Shown one piece after another: positions 8,231 through 18,761 of a DNA stretch of 64,000 nt (the stretch's first letter is position 1; each line of letters starts with the position of its first letter). The translations under genes were made by a program, and so were the position numbers. Below the pieces are notes generated by a model. That model ran no database searches and was not told where the DNA came from. It worked only from the letters and a program-made list of their open reading frames with translations. This DNA is from Candidatus Nealsonbacteria bacterium (lineage in GTDB: Bacteria > Patescibacteriota > Minisyncoccia > Minisyncoccales > CAZKCU01), in NCBI GenBank assembly GCA_047456305.1, contig CP179888.1, positions 317,307-381,306 on the forward strand, in the 5' to 3' direction.

Positions 8231-11109
8231 ATTTTCCTAAAATTGAGAAAAAAATCCTAAAATTCTGGCAAGAAAACAAGATTTTCGAAAAACTTAAAAA
8301 GAAAAACCAAGGGAAAAAGCGCTGGTCGTTTTTGGACGGACCGATTACTGCTAACAATCCTATGGGAGTTCATCATGCCTGGGGAAGAACCTATAAAGAC
8401 CTTTTTCAGAGATACAAGGCAATGCAGGGTTTTGACCAGAGATTTCAAAACGGTTTTGATTGTCAGGGTTTGTGGGTAGAGGTAGAAGTTGAGAAGGAGC
8501 TTGGATTCAAGAATAAAAAAGATATAGAGAAATACGGCATAGAAAAATTTGTCAAAAAATGCAAAGAGAGAGTTGAGAAATATTCGAAAATTCAAACAGA
8601 ACAATCAATCCGGCTGGGTCAATGGATGGATTGGGGGAATTCTTATTACACAATGTCTGATGAGAATAACTATGCTATTTGGTATTTCCTAAAAAAATGC
8701 CACAAAGAGGGATTTTTATATAAAGGCAGAGATGTTGTTCCCTGGTGCCCGAGATGTGGGACAGCCATTTCCCAACACGAAATTTTAACAGAAGAGTATA
8801 AAGAATTGACTCACAAATCAATATTTTTCAAGTTGCCAGTCCAAAACCTAAAGAAAACTTATTTTCTTGTCTGGACAACTACTCCCTGGACATTATCAGG
8901 CAATGTTGCAATAGCTATTCATCCTGATTTTGATTATGTAAAAGTAAAAGATAAAAAAGGCGACATTTTTATCTTACTTAAAGAAAAATCTGATTTAATT
9001 GAAGCTGGAGAAATAATAGAAACATTCAAGGGCAAGAAATTAGAGGGATTTGAATACGAGGGGTTGTTTGACGAATTGCCATCTGTAAAAGAAACCTTAG
9101 GCAGCTACAAGCATTCTGTAATTCTATGGAAAGAAGTAACCAAAGAAGAAGGAACTGGTATTGTTCATGTGGCGCCCGGCTGTGGCCAGGAGGATTTTCA
9201 ATTAGCTAAAGAATTTAAACTGCCTGTTATTGACTTAACTAATGATGAAAGCAGCTACCTAAAGGGTTTTGGAGAGTTGAGTGACAAGTTTGTTGGCGGA
9301 GAAGAAGTAAGAGAATTGATTTTTGAAGATTTAAACCAAAAAGATAGAGTTTTTAAAATTGAAGGCTATAAACACCGCTATCCAATTTGCTGGCGCTGCC
9401 AGTCAGAATTGATTTTCCGCTTGGTTGATGAATGGTATATTTCAATGGCAAAGTTAAGAGAAAAACTGATGAAAATTGCCAAAAAAATAAAATGGATTCC
9501 TCCCTTTGGTCTGGACAGGGAATTGGATTGGTTAAAAAATATGCAAGATTGGTTGATTTCTAAAAAACGTTATTGGGGATTAGCTTTACCGATTTATGAA
9601 TGCCCAGACTGCGGAAACTTTGAGGTAATCGGTTCCAAAAAAGAATTAAAAGAAAAAGCGGTTAAGGATTGGCAAGAGTTTGAAGGTCATTCTCCTCACC
9701 GACCCTGGATAGATAAAGTAAAGATTAAATGTTCCAAATGTGGCAAAATAGTTTCTCGAATTCCTGATGTTGGTAATCCTTGGTTAGATGCCGGGATTGT
9801 GCCCTTCTCTACTCTAAAGTATTTTTCTGACCGGGAATTGTGGCAAAAATGGTTTCCGCCTGAATTTATTTGCGAATCTTTCCCGGGTCAATTCAAAAAT
9901 TGGTTTTATTCCCTTATTGTAATGAGTACTGTATTAGAGGAAGTTACTCCAGTGAAGACAATCTTTGGCTACGCCACAGTAGTCGATGAAAAGGGAGAAG
10001 AAATGCACAAATCCAAAGGAAATGTTATTTGGTTTGATGAGGCAGTTGAAAAAATAGGGGCTGATCTGATGCGTTGGATGTATGTTAGACAAAATCCAGT
10101 CTATAATCTAAGGTTTGGCTACAAGATTGCCAAAGAAACCCAAAGGAAACTTTTGACACTGTGGAATAGCTACACCTTTTTTGAGACGTATGTCTCAAAA
10201 AAGGAAATCCCAAATCCCAAATCCCAAATCCCAAAATCTAAAAATATCTTAGATAAGTGGATTAATTCAAGATTGAATAGGTTGATTACTCAAGTTACCC
10301 AAAGCTTAGATAATTTTGATGCTGCCAGAGCAAGTTCAGCCATTGAAGATTTCTTCATTAATGATTTATCTCTTTGGTATATAAGGAGATCAAGAAAGAG
10401 ATTTCAAAGACCAAGAAAGGAAGAAGAAAAAGATGAAGCAGCCGGTACTCTTTATTTTATTCTTTTGACTCTGGCAAAACTGATTGCTCCGATGATGCCA
10501 TTTCTGGCTGAAGAAATTTATTTGGGCTTGAAAACAAAAAACGAACCCCAGTCTATCCATCTTTGCGACTGGCCAAAATATTATGAAAAAGCAATTGACG
10601 ATAATTTAGAGGAGAAAATGAGAAAAGTTCGGGAGATTATAACTAAGGTTTTAGCTAAAAGAACTGAACTTGGAATTAAAGTGAGGCAGCCCCTACAGGG
10701 ATTAAGAATTACGAATTATAAATTACGAAGGGAGAAAGAATTACTGGAGTTGATTAAGGACGAGGTAAATGTAAAAGAAATTACTTTTGGCAAAACATTA
10801 AAATTGGATACAAAGATTAGCAAAGAGTTAAAAGAGGAGGGTCAGGTTCGAGAATTTATCCGACAAGTTCAGCAATTACGAAAAAACGCCAAACTCACCC
10901 CAAAAGATAAAATTATTATTTATTGCGAATGCCAGGAGAAACTGAAAAAAGTTTTACAAAAAAATAAAAAAGACATTTTAACAGAAACCAAGGCCAAAGA
11001 TTTTATCTTAGGAGGAAAAATTAAAAAGGCATTTAATGCGGAAAAGGAAATGCAAATCGGTCAACAAAAATTATGGTTAGGGATTAAAAAAAATCAAATA
11101 GTATGTTGA
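8221..11109 (+). CDS. ileS: isoleucine--tRNA ligase
   Basis: 962 aa; P..NNPMGVHH (HIGH), KMSKS variant (MHKSKGN), CP1 editing domain, zinc-ribbon cysteines. Confidence 0.95.
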   Translation: MSIDFPKIEKKILKFWQENKIFEKLKKKNQGKKRWSFLDGPITANNPMGVHHAWGRTYKDLFQRYKAMQGFDQRFQNGFDCQGLWVEVEVEKELGFKNKKDIEKYGIEKFVKKCKERVEKYSKIQTEQSIRLGQWMDWGNSYYTMSDENNYAIWYFLKKCHKEGFLYKGRDVVPWCPRCGTAISQHEILTEEYKELTHKSIFFKLPVQNLKKTYFLVWTTTPWTLSGNVAIAIHPDFDYVKVKDKKGDIFILLKEKSDLIEAGEIIETFKGKKLEGFEYEGLFDELPSVKETLGSYKHSVILWKEVTKEEGTGIVHVAPGCGQEDFQLAKEFKLPVIDLTNDESSYLKGFGELSDKFVGGEEVRELIFEDLNQKDRVFKIEGYKHRYPICWRCQSELIFRLVDEWYISMAKLREKLMKIAKKIKWIPPFGLDRELDWLKNMQDWLISKKRYWGLALPIYECPDCGNFEVIGSKKELKEKAVKDWQEFEGHSPHRPWIDKVKIKCSKCGKIVSRIPDVGNPWLDAGIVPFSTLKYFSDRELWQKWFPPEFICESFPGQFKNWFYSLIVMSTVLEEVTPVKTIFGYATVVDEKGEEMHKSKGNVIWFDEAVEKIGADLMRWMYVRQNPVYNLRFGYKIAKETQRKLLTLWNSYTFFETYVSKKEIPNPKSQIPKSKNILDKWINSRLNRLITQVTQSLDNFDAARASSAIEDFFINDLSLWYIRRSRKRFQRPRKEEEKDEAAGTLYFILLTLAKLIAPMMPFLAEEIYLGLKTKNEPQSIHLCDWPKYYEKAIDDNLEEKMRKVREIITKVLAKRTELGIKVRQPLQGLRITNYKLRREKELLELIKDEVNVKEITFGKTLKLDTKISKELKEEGQVREFIRQVQQLRKNAKLTPKDKIIIYCECQEKLKKVLQKNKKDILTETKAKDFILGGKIKKAFNAEKEMQIGQQKLWLGIKKNQIVC
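10206..10240. repeat. 7-nt periodic tandem array H2 inside ileS
   Basis: AATCCCA x4 (perfect) then AAATCTA; translated IPNPKSQIPKSK. Confidence 0.8.
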
Positions 11110-12113
11110 TATTTTGGATTTTAATTTTTATTTTAAGTTTAGCTTTGTTGGTAAAGTCGGCTGATTGGCTTGTTGAGAGTTCAGAGAAAATTGCGATATC
11201 TTTGAAAATTTCGCCTTTTATTATTGGGGTGACCATTGTTGCCGTTGGTACTTCTTTTCCCGAACTGGCTTCGTCTATCATCGCTGTTTTGAAAGGAGCT
11301 GGTGAGATCGTTACTGCAAATGTAATTGGTGCCAATATTACTAATATCCTTCTAGTCGTTGGTTTATCAGCAGTTTTTGCTCGAACCCTTATTGTTAAAA
11401 GAAGTTTGATTGATTTAGATGCTCCTCTTTTAGCTACTACTACTGTTTTATTCATTTTCATTATGTGGGACAGGAAAATCGTTTTTGGAGAAGGAATTTT
11501 ACTTCTGTTGGCTTTTGCGATTTATCTTCTTTACACAATTTTTCAAAGAAGAGAAGAAATTATTACTTCTGAATTAGTGGGAGTTTTACCCCGGGGAGCG
11601 AAAATTCAAATTTTACCCTCTCGAGCTGAAAGACGAAGAAAGGAAATAAAAGAAAGACCATCGAAATTGAATTTTAAAGTTTTCCTTTTCTTAATTTTAG
11701 GAATGGCTGGTTTAGTTGTTGGAGCCAATTACGCTATTGAGTCGATTGTAAATATCTCCAAGCTTTTAAAGATTTCCACTGCCTTGATAGCTATTACCGC
11801 CATGTCTTTGGGTACTACTTTACCTGAACTATTGGTTTCGGTCAGGGCGGCTTTAAAGAAAAAATATGAAATCGCTTTGGGAAATATTTTTGGTTCAAAT
11901 GTTTTTAATCTTTTAGTGGTGGTTGGAATCCCAGCTTTAATTAAACCATTAGCAATTGCTGACCTTACTTTTTCAATTGGCCTTCCGTTTTTAGTTGTTG
12001 CCACTTTGCTTTTTATTATTTCCGGAATTTCTCGAAGAATTCATATTTGGGAAGGAGCAATGTATCTCTTAATTTATATTTTATTTATCATCAAGCTCTG
12101 CGGCATATTTTAA
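11103..12113 (+). CDS. Ca2+/Na+ antiporter (CaCA/YrbG family)
   Basis: 336 aa, about 10 TM segments, two alpha-repeat motifs GTSFPEL and GTTLPEL. Confidence 0.8.
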   Translation: MLIFWILIFILSLALLVKSADWLVESSEKIAISLKISPFIIGVTIVAVGTSFPELASSIIAVLKGAGEIVTANVIGANITNILLVVGLSAVFARTLIVKRSLIDLDAPLLATTTVLFIFIMWDRKIVFGEGILLLLAFAIYLLYTIFQRREEIITSELVGVLPRGAKIQILPSRAERRRKEIKERPSKLNFKVFLFLILGMAGLVVGANYAIESIVNISKLLKISTALIAITAMSLGTTLPELLVSVRAALKKKYEIALGNIFGSNVFNLLVVVGIPALIKPLAIADLTFSIGLPFLVVATLLFIISGISRRIHIWEGAMYLLIYILFIIKLCGIF

Positions 12114-12119
12114 AGGTCG

Positions 12120-12147
12120 AATTTTAATTGTTAAATTATAAATTAAT
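12120..12147. repeat. weak 7-nt periodic AT-rich array H3 (intergenic)
   Basis: AATTTTA ATTGTTA AATTATA AATTAAT just upstream of ATG 12153; low complexity. Confidence 0.35.
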
Positions 12148-12152
12148 TATTT

Positions 12153-12524
12153 ATGGCAACTTTTGATATTAAAAAAATTTTTGGTGGAGAGATGAAAAAA
12201 AGACCAAAAAAAGCCCCAACTCCATCGCCAAAAAAAGAAGAGAAAGATCCTTCAATATTCAGAGGAAAGTCTTCTATGGATCGGGGGAATTTTATGCATC
12301 AATTAGGAAGTTCCGAGCTTTATAGAAAGACCGGCAGTTTGGGAGGAGGAGACAGGACTAGACTAGGGAAAAAGCTTTTCGGCCACGGCAGCCCTGTAAT
12401 GAAAAAAGACGTGGAGAAGGCAGAAAAACAATTAAATTTGGGGAAATGGGGGAAATTTAAAGATTTATCCTATGAAGATAAAGAGAAGGCAGAAAGGTTG
12501 ACAAAGGGAATTCTGGGGAAATAA
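12153..12524 (+). CDS. hypothetical basic/Lys-rich protein
   Basis: 123 aa ORF filling the gap between conserved genes; no motif recognised. Confidence 0.3.
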   Translation: MATFDIKKIFGGEMKKRPKKAPTPSPKKEEKDPSIFRGKSSMDRGNFMHQLGSSELYRKTGSLGGGDRTRLGKKLFGHGSPVMKKDVEKAEKQLNLGKWGKFKDLSYEDKEKAERLTKGILGK

Positions 12525-12530
12525 TTTAAG

Positions 12531-13268
12531 ATGTTCACCCATTACAGAACTCAAGGGATTTTTTTGAAAAAAGAAAATCGGGGAGAGGCCGATCAGCTTT
12601 TTACAATTTATACTAAAGATTTTGGAAAATTAGAGATTTTGGGAAGAGCTATCAGGAAAATCAAATCAAAATTAAGAGCAGGAGCCGAACTTTTTTATTT
12701 TTCAGAGATTGAATTTATTCAGGGGAAAGCCTACAAAACCCTAACCGATGCCATTTTAATTGAGAAATTTGAAAATATCAGAAAAGATTTAGAGAGATTG
12801 GGGATTTGTTATCAGATTTCAGAAGTTTTGGATAATTTAGTCAAAGGCCAAGAAAGAGATGAAAAAATCTGGCAGCTCCTAAACGAGGTTTTTAATAAAT
12901 TAAATAACCGTCAATTCTCAATTATCAATTGTCAATTGTCATATTACTATTTCCTCTGGAACCTTTTTTCTCTTTTAGGGTTTAAACCTGAGCTTTCTAC
13001 TTGCCCAATTTGCAGAGAGAAACTTTTACCCGAAACATTTCATTTTGTACCAAAAGAAGGAGGGGTAGTATGCTGGAGGTGTTTGAAAAAACTCAGCCCA
13101 GAAGAAAAAGAAAGAATAAAAGAAATAAGCGTAGGTACGGTTAAAATTTTAAGAATTTTTCTTTCAAAGAATTGGAAAATATTACCCAGACTTAAAATAA
13201 TAAAAGAAGAGAGAAAAAATCTAAAAGAGATATCAGAACTTTATCTTACTTTTTTAAAAGAAGCTTAA
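12531..13268 (+). CDS. recO: DNA repair protein RecO
   Basis: 245 aa; N-terminal OB-fold pattern and C-terminal zinc motif CPIC..CWRC. Confidence 0.8.
   Translation: MFTHYRTQGIFLKKENRGEADQLFTIYTKDFGKLEILGRAIRKIKSKLRAGAELFYFSEIEFIQGKAYKTLTDAILIEKFENIRKDLERLGICYQISEVLDNLVKGQERDEKIWQLLNEVFNKLNNRQFSIINCQLSYYYFLWNLFSLLGFKPELSTCPICREKLLPETFHFVPKEGGVVCWRCLKKLSPEEKERIKEISVGTVKILRIFLSKNWKILPRLKIIKEERKNLKEISELYLTFLKEA
12911..12945. repeat. 7-nt periodic tandem array H4 inside recO
   Basis: TCAATTC TCAATTA TCAATTG TCAATTG TCATATT; translated QFSIINCQLSY. Confidence 0.75.
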
Positions 13269-13289
13269 AGTATGCTAAAATAGATTAAA

Positions 13290-14978
13290 ATGAAAGGGAA
13301 ATTAATAAAAGTCGTTATCATTTTAACAATTATCTTAGGGATAGCCAGTTTTTGGTATTATCAAAGGAATATTTACTCCAAAGAAAGTTTGAGAGTGGAA
13401 ATTTTGGGGACAGAAGAAGCAGAAATGGCTCAAGAAATTGAATATATAGTGAAATATAAAAATAACGGCAACATCAGGTTGGAAGAACCAAAACTTATTT
13501 TTGAATATCCTAAAAATTCAATAGTTATAGGAGAAGAAATCCGGTCTGAAAATCAGGAAGCCCTGCCTCAAGAAGAAGTATCTCTAAGACAAGAAAAAGA
13601 ACTCGAGGATATCTACCCTGGCCAAGAGCGAACCTTCCATTTTAAAGCCAGATTGTTAGGTAGAGAAAATGAAGCTAAGATTGCCAAGGTTTGGTTAAGT
13701 TATAAACCAAAAAATCTAAAAACTCGCTATGAGTCAGCCACCACTTTCACTACTTTAATTAAAAGTGTTCCTCTTACTTTTGAGTTTGATTTTCCTTCAA
13801 AAGTTGAGCCTGGCAAAAAAACTCTCTTTAGGTTAAATTATTTTTCAAATATAGATTATCCTATTTCTAATTTAAGAATAAAGATTGAATATCCTTCTGG
13901 CTTTGAGTTTTTTGAGAGCCAACCAAAAGCCCTGGGGAAAACAGAGTGGGAGATTCCACTTTTAAATAAGGCTGGGGGAGGAAGAATTGAAGTTTCTGGT
14001 ATTCTGAGAGGCGAGGTTCAAGAGTCAAAAATCTTTCGGGCAAATTTGGGCATCTGGCAGGAAGGAGAATTTGTTTTGTTAAAAGAGACGATTAAGGGAA
14101 TAGAAATTACCAGACCTTCGATTTTTGTCTCCTATCAAATTAATAATTCTCCTCAATATGTTGCTAACCCTGGGGATTACCTGTATTACGAAATCTTCTT
14201 TAAAAATACCGGAGAAGAAGTTTTGGAAAATTTATTTTTGGTAGTTCAATTAGAAGGAGGAGTTTTAGATTTTAATACCCTTCAAGCTGGAGTCGGCCAA
14301 TTTCAAAAAGATTCAAACTCAATTATCTGGGACCATATCGTGTTCCCTCAATTACGCCTTCTCGATAGTATGGAAGAGGGAAAAGTTGGATTTTGGGTAA
14401 AAGTAAAAGATGATTTACCAATCAAGAATCCTCTAATCAGGACTAAAGTTAGTCTGAGTCAGGTTAAAGAAGAATTTATTACTAAAATCAACACAAAGCT
14501 GGCTATTTCTCAGGAAGGTTATTTTAACAAGGGAGCTTTTAAAAATTATGGACTTCTTCCTCCCCGGGTTGGTTCTGCAACAGCTTATACCATCTTTTGG
14601 CAGGCTAAAAATTTTTACAACGATGTTAAAAATCTAAAAGTTAAAGCTAATTTACCTCTTCAGGTGAGATTAACTGGCGAGATTTCTTCAAAAGAAGCTA
14701 AGTTTTCTTTTGATCCTACAAGCCGGGAAATTGTCTGGGAAATTGGGGAGTTAGCAGCAGGGAAAGGAATTTTAGGCCCTGGGCCTGAGATTTCCTTTCA
14801 AGTTGCTTTAACTCCTGATTTAACTCAAAGAGGAGAGATTCCTGAACTTATTTCTCGAGTTAGAATAATCGGAGACGATATCTGGACAAGAGAAGAGGTA
14901 GAGGCTATAGCTGGAGCAGTTAATACTTCTTTGCCAGATGACCCGACTATTACTGAGGAGATGGGTCAGGTCCAATAA
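13290..14978 (+). CDS. membrane-anchored extracellular protein with repeated beta-sandwich (DUF11/CARDB-like) regions
   Basis: 562 aa; N-terminal TM helix; repeated YxxxxKNxGxxxL patterns. Confidence 0.4.
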   Translation: MKGKLIKVVIILTIILGIASFWYYQRNIYSKESLRVEILGTEEAEMAQEIEYIVKYKNNGNIRLEEPKLIFEYPKNSIVIGEEIRSENQEALPQEEVSLRQEKELEDIYPGQERTFHFKARLLGRENEAKIAKVWLSYKPKNLKTRYESATTFTTLIKSVPLTFEFDFPSKVEPGKKTLFRLNYFSNIDYPISNLRIKIEYPSGFEFFESQPKALGKTEWEIPLLNKAGGGRIEVSGILRGEVQESKIFRANLGIWQEGEFVLLKETIKGIEITRPSIFVSYQINNSPQYVANPGDYLYYEIFFKNTGEEVLENLFLVVQLEGGVLDFNTLQAGVGQFQKDSNSIIWDHIVFPQLRLLDSMEEGKVGFWVKVKDDLPIKNPLIRTKVSLSQVKEEFITKINTKLAISQEGYFNKGAFKNYGLLPPRVGSATAYTIFWQAKNFYNDVKNLKVKANLPLQVRLTGEISSKEAKFSFDPTSREIVWEIGELAAGKGILGPGPEISFQVALTPDLTQRGEIPELISRVRIIGDDIWTREEVEAIAGAVNTSLPDDPTITEEMGQVQ

Positions 14979-14984
14979 GAAAAT

Positions 14985-16352
14985 ATGACTGATTTGATGT
15001 CAAAAATTATATCTTTGTGTAAAAGAAGAGGATTTATTTTTCAATCCTCAGAGATTTACGGTGGGGTAGAGGCTCTTTGGGATTATGGGCCGTTAGGTTC
15101 GCTTTTGAAAAATAATATTAAAGAGGAGTGGTTAAAAAGATTTGTCCAAAAAAGAGATAATATAGTTTTGATTGACGGTTCAGTTTTAATGCACCCTAAT
15201 GTCTGGAAAGCTTCTGGGCATCTGGAACATTTTACTGATCCTCTTGTTGAGTGTAAAAATTGTCATTCCCGTTATCGGGCTGATTATATGACAGATGGTC
15301 GTTTTGTAAAACAGGGTAAAGCAAAAACTAAAAATCAGTGTCCTCAATGCGGCGACAAAGATTTCACTCCGCCTCGTCAATTTAATCTGATGTTCAAAAC
15401 ATTTTTGGGGCCGGTAAAAGATAAAGCCCACCAAACTTACTTAAGACCAGAGACCGCTCAATCAATGTTTACTAATTTTAAGCAAATTCAAGAGTCAATG
15501 CGCCTTAAAATTCCCTTTGGGATTGCCCAGATAGGAAGGTCTTTCCGAAACGAAATAACTACCGGCAATTTTACTTTCCGTTCCCGAGAATTTGATATTG
15601 CCGAGATTGAATATTTTGTTAAACCAGGCGCTGATGAAAAATGGTTTGATTTTTGGGTCAATGAATGGGAAAAATTCTTTTTAGATTTAGGGTTAAAAAA
15701 GAAAAATCTTCGCCGATATGAGCATCCAAAAACAGCCCTTTCTCATTATTCAAAAAAGACGATAGATATTGAATACAAATTTCCTTTTGGCTGGTCAGAA
15801 CTTGCCGGCATTGCCAATCGAACTGATTTTGATTTGAAACAACATTCAAAATATTCGGGCCGAGATTTAAGCTATTTCGATGAGGATTCTGGTAAAAGAT
15901 ATATTCCTTATGTAATTGAACCAACTTTAGGCGTTGAAAGACTTTTACTCGCTTTATTAATTGATGCTTATCAAGAAATAAAAGGCGGTCGAACAAAAAC
16001 TACTAAAGCCGCTAAAGAAACTGAAATTTTATTGAAGCTTCACAAAGCTTTAGCTCCAATAAAAGTTGCTGTTTTACCTTTGGTGAGGAATAAACCAGAA
16101 TTGGTGAAAAAAAGCAAAGAAGTTTATCAACTTTTAAAGCCTCATTTTACTTGTCAATATGATGAACTCGGCTCAATTGGTCGTCGCTATCGACGAACGG
16201 ATGAGATTGGATGTCCTCTTGCAATTACGATTGATTTCGAAACTTTAAAGCAAAAAGATGTTACCATCCGTGATCGCGATACAATGAAGCAGGAAAGAGT
16301 AAAGATTTCAGATTTAATAAATGTTTTAAAAGAGAAATTAAATACTCAATGA
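14985..16352 (+). CDS. glyQS: glycine--tRNA ligase (homodimeric type)
   Basis: 455 aa; class II motifs (YLRPETAQ, GRSFRNE, GVERL). Confidence 0.95.
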   Translation: MTDLMSKIISLCKRRGFIFQSSEIYGGVEALWDYGPLGSLLKNNIKEEWLKRFVQKRDNIVLIDGSVLMHPNVWKASGHLEHFTDPLVECKNCHSRYRADYMTDGRFVKQGKAKTKNQCPQCGDKDFTPPRQFNLMFKTFLGPVKDKAHQTYLRPETAQSMFTNFKQIQESMRLKIPFGIAQIGRSFRNEITTGNFTFRSREFDIAEIEYFVKPGADEKWFDFWVNEWEKFFLDLGLKKKNLRRYEHPKTALSHYSKKTIDIEYKFPFGWSELAGIANRTDFDLKQHSKYSGRDLSYFDEDSGKRYIPYVIEPTLGVERLLLALLIDAYQEIKGGRTKTTKAAKETEILLKLHKALAPIKVAVLPLVRNKPELVKKSKEVYQLLKPHFTCQYDELGSIGRRYRRTDEIGCPLAITIDFETLKQKDVTIRDRDTMKQERVKISDLINVLKEKLNTQ

Positions 16353-16397
16353 ATCTTCGATTCATTTCGATCTTCTATAAATTAAAAATTTATCTCG

Positions 16398-17663
16398 ATG
16401 TATAAAAAAACCACTCTTAAAAACGGTTTGAGAATTATTACTGTTCCCTTGCGAAACACCCAGGCAATAACTGTTTTGATATTAGTAGCTACTGGTTCGA
16501 AGTATGAAAAAAAAGAGATAAATGGTATTTCTCATTTCTTAGAACATATGGCTTTTCGGGGAACAAAAAAACGTCCCCAGACCTTAGACATTGCCAAAGA
16601 ATTAGATAGGGTAGGCGGCCTTTATAATGCCTTTACCGGTAAAGAATTTATGGGATTTTGGGTAAAAGTTGATTCAAAGCATTTTGACTTAGCAACCGAT
16701 GTTTTATCTGATATGATTTTTAATTCTCTCTTTAAAGAAAAAGAAATTGGAAAGGAAAAAAAGACGATTATAGAAGAAATTAATATGTATTTAGATACTC
16801 CCCAGAGTTATGTTTTGGAACTTTGGGAAAAACTTTTATACGGAAACCAACCAGCTGGCTGGATGATTGCCGGTCAAAAGGAAACGGTAAAAAGAATTTC
16901 CAGAAAAAATATTTTGGATTATTTTAGAAAACAATTTAGTGCAGAAAATGTAGTCGTTTCCTTAGCTGGAAATTTTAAAACTAAAGAAGCCGTTTCTAAA
17001 ATAAAAATTTTTTTTGAGAAATTCAAAAAGACCAAAACTTTATCCAAAAAACCGGTAATTGAAAGACAAAAATCTCCTCAGATTTTACTTCAGACAAAAG
17101 AAACCGATCAGACCCATTTAACCTTAGGGGTCCGAGCTTATAACATTTTTAAACCCGAAAGATACCCCCTCGCTGTTTTAGCAAACCTCTTGGGAGGAAT
17201 TATGAGTTCCCGTCTTTTTATTGAAATTAGGGAAAAGAGAGGAATGGCTTATTATATTAAGACTATTCCTGAAAATTATAGTGATACAGGATATTTGGTA
17301 ACTCATGCTGGAATTGACAATAAAAGAACGGAGGAGGCAATAAAAATCATTTTGAAAGAATATAAAAATTTAAAAGAGAAAAAAGTTCCGAAAGAAGAAC
17401 TTCAGAAAGTCAAAGACAATATTAAGGGCCATCTTTATTTAGGTTTGGAAACCTCTGATGCCTGGGCTAGTTATCTTGGCGTTCAGGAAATTTTAAAAAG
17501 GAAAATTTCTACTCCCGCTCAAGAATGCAAAATGATTGATAAAGTCAGCCAAGATGATATTCTAAAAGTAGCCAGAGATATTTTTCAACCCAAAAAATTA
17601 AATTTAGCTCTCATCGGCCCATTTAAGGATAAAAATCAGTTCCAAAAATTATTAAAGCTGTAG
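16398..17663 (+). CDS. M16 family zinc peptidase (insulinase-like)
   Basis: HFLEHMAF inverted zinc motif (HxxEH); 421 aa. Confidence 0.8.
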   Translation: MYKKTTLKNGLRIITVPLRNTQAITVLILVATGSKYEKKEINGISHFLEHMAFRGTKKRPQTLDIAKELDRVGGLYNAFTGKEFMGFWVKVDSKHFDLATDVLSDMIFNSLFKEKEIGKEKKTIIEEINMYLDTPQSYVLELWEKLLYGNQPAGWMIAGQKETVKRISRKNILDYFRKQFSAENVVVSLAGNFKTKEAVSKIKIFFEKFKKTKTLSKKPVIERQKSPQILLQTKETDQTHLTLGVRAYNIFKPERYPLAVLANLLGGIMSSRLFIEIREKRGMAYYIKTIPENYSDTGYLVTHAGIDNKRTEEAIKIILKEYKNLKEKKVPKEELQKVKDNIKGHLYLGLETSDAWASYLGVQEILKRKISTPAQECKMIDKVSQDDILKVARDIFQPKKLNLALIGPFKDKNQFQKLLKL

Positions 17664-17668
17664 AATCG

Positions 17669-17727
17669 TAGGCGAAGAGAACTTCGTTCTCTTCTTCACC
17701 TTCGCTTTCGCTGCGCGAAAGCTCGGT
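17669..17727 (+). repeat. Family A repeat, copy A3 (forward, most complete)
   Basis: TAGGC-GAAGAGAAC TTC GTTCTCTTC-TTCACCTTCGC-TTTCGC TGC GCGAAA-GCTCGGT; ends 2 nt before ATG 17730. Confidence 0.8.
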
Positions 17728-17729
17728 TT

Positions 17730-18761
17730 ATGAATAATGGACAACGGATATTAGATATTTCCTGGGGGACAATTTTGAAAATTTCTGTTGCTATTCTTTC
17801 TTTTTACATTCTCTACCAGATTAGAGATATTTTGGTCTGGTTTATTTTCGCCTTAATAATTTCCCTTTTATTTAATCCAGTCATTAATTTTTTAAGGAAA
17901 TTAAAAATCCCCCGGGTCTTGGCAGTTATTTTTGTCTATGTTGGAGTTTTTGGATTCTTGACCCTTTTGATTTATTTGATTGTTCCCATATTTGTTTCTG
18001 AAATTCAACAATTTTCAAAAATTCTCCCCCAATATTTTGAAAAGATTTCCCCTCCTTTAAAAGGAATGGGCATTCAGGCATTTGAAAATATTGAAACTTT
18101 TGTTAATACTCTGGGAGGGGCATTAGATAGAATAGCTGCCAATATTTTTAATGTCTTATTAATAATCTTTGGAGGAATTTTCAAAACAATTTTTATCTTA
18201 TCTATTGCTATTTTCCTCTCTTTAGACGAAAAACTGATTGAAAAGAGTTTAAACCTTCTTTTCCCTAAAAAATATGAGGATTATGTTTTATCTCTCTGGA
18301 GAAGATGTCAAAAAAAAGTTAGCGGTTGGTTTCTGACAAGAATATTAACCTGTCTATTTGTTGGAGCAGCGACTTATGTTGCTTTATTGCTTTTTAATGT
18401 AGGTTATCCTGCCTCCTTGGGATTGCTTGCTGGAGCCCTTAATTTTATTCCTTATCTGGGACCAATTATTACAGCAGTTCTCCTTTTTGTAATTATCTCT
18501 TTAGAAAATGTATATAAAGCAATTTTTGTTTTTATTGTTTTTATCTTAATTCAGCAAATTGAAAATAATATTTTAACGCCAGTTTTGACAAAAAAATTTA
18601 TTGGCCTTTCTCCGGTTTTAGTTTTAATGTCTTTGGCAATTGGGGGAACTCTCTGGGGATTTTTAGGAGCAATTTTAGCTGTTCCTTTAGCTGGAATTCT
18701 ATTTGAATTCTTAAAAGACTTTTTGAAGAAAAAGAAAGAGGAAGAAGCAGTAGTTTTATGA
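17730..18761 (+). CDS. AI-2E family transporter (PerM/UPF0118)
   Basis: 343 aa, 7-8 TM segments, typical PF01594-like architecture. Confidence 0.75.
   Translation: MNNGQRILDISWGTILKISVAILSFYILYQIRDILVWFIFALIISLLFNPVINFLRKLKIPRVLAVIFVYVGVFGFLTLLIYLIVPIFVSEIQQFSKILPQYFEKISPPLKGMGIQAFENIETFVNTLGGALDRIAANIFNVLLIIFGGIFKTIFILSIAIFLSLDEKLIEKSLNLLFPKKYEDYVLSLWRRCQKKVSGWFLTRILTCLFVGAATYVALLLFNVGYPASLGLLAGALNFIPYLGPIITAVLLFVIISLENVYKAIFVFIVFILIQQIENNILTPVLTKKFIGLSPVLVLMSLAIGGTLWGFLGAILAVPLAGILFEFLKDFLKKKKEEEAVVL

Noticed and set aside
16351-16376. TGAATC-TTC-GATTCA hairpin after glyQS as an additional family A copy.
   Set aside because: It shares only the TTC-loop hairpin idea. The conserved linker boxes (GGCGA, TTCACCTTCGC, GCTCGGT) are absent. 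It is more simply a short terminator-like hairpin.
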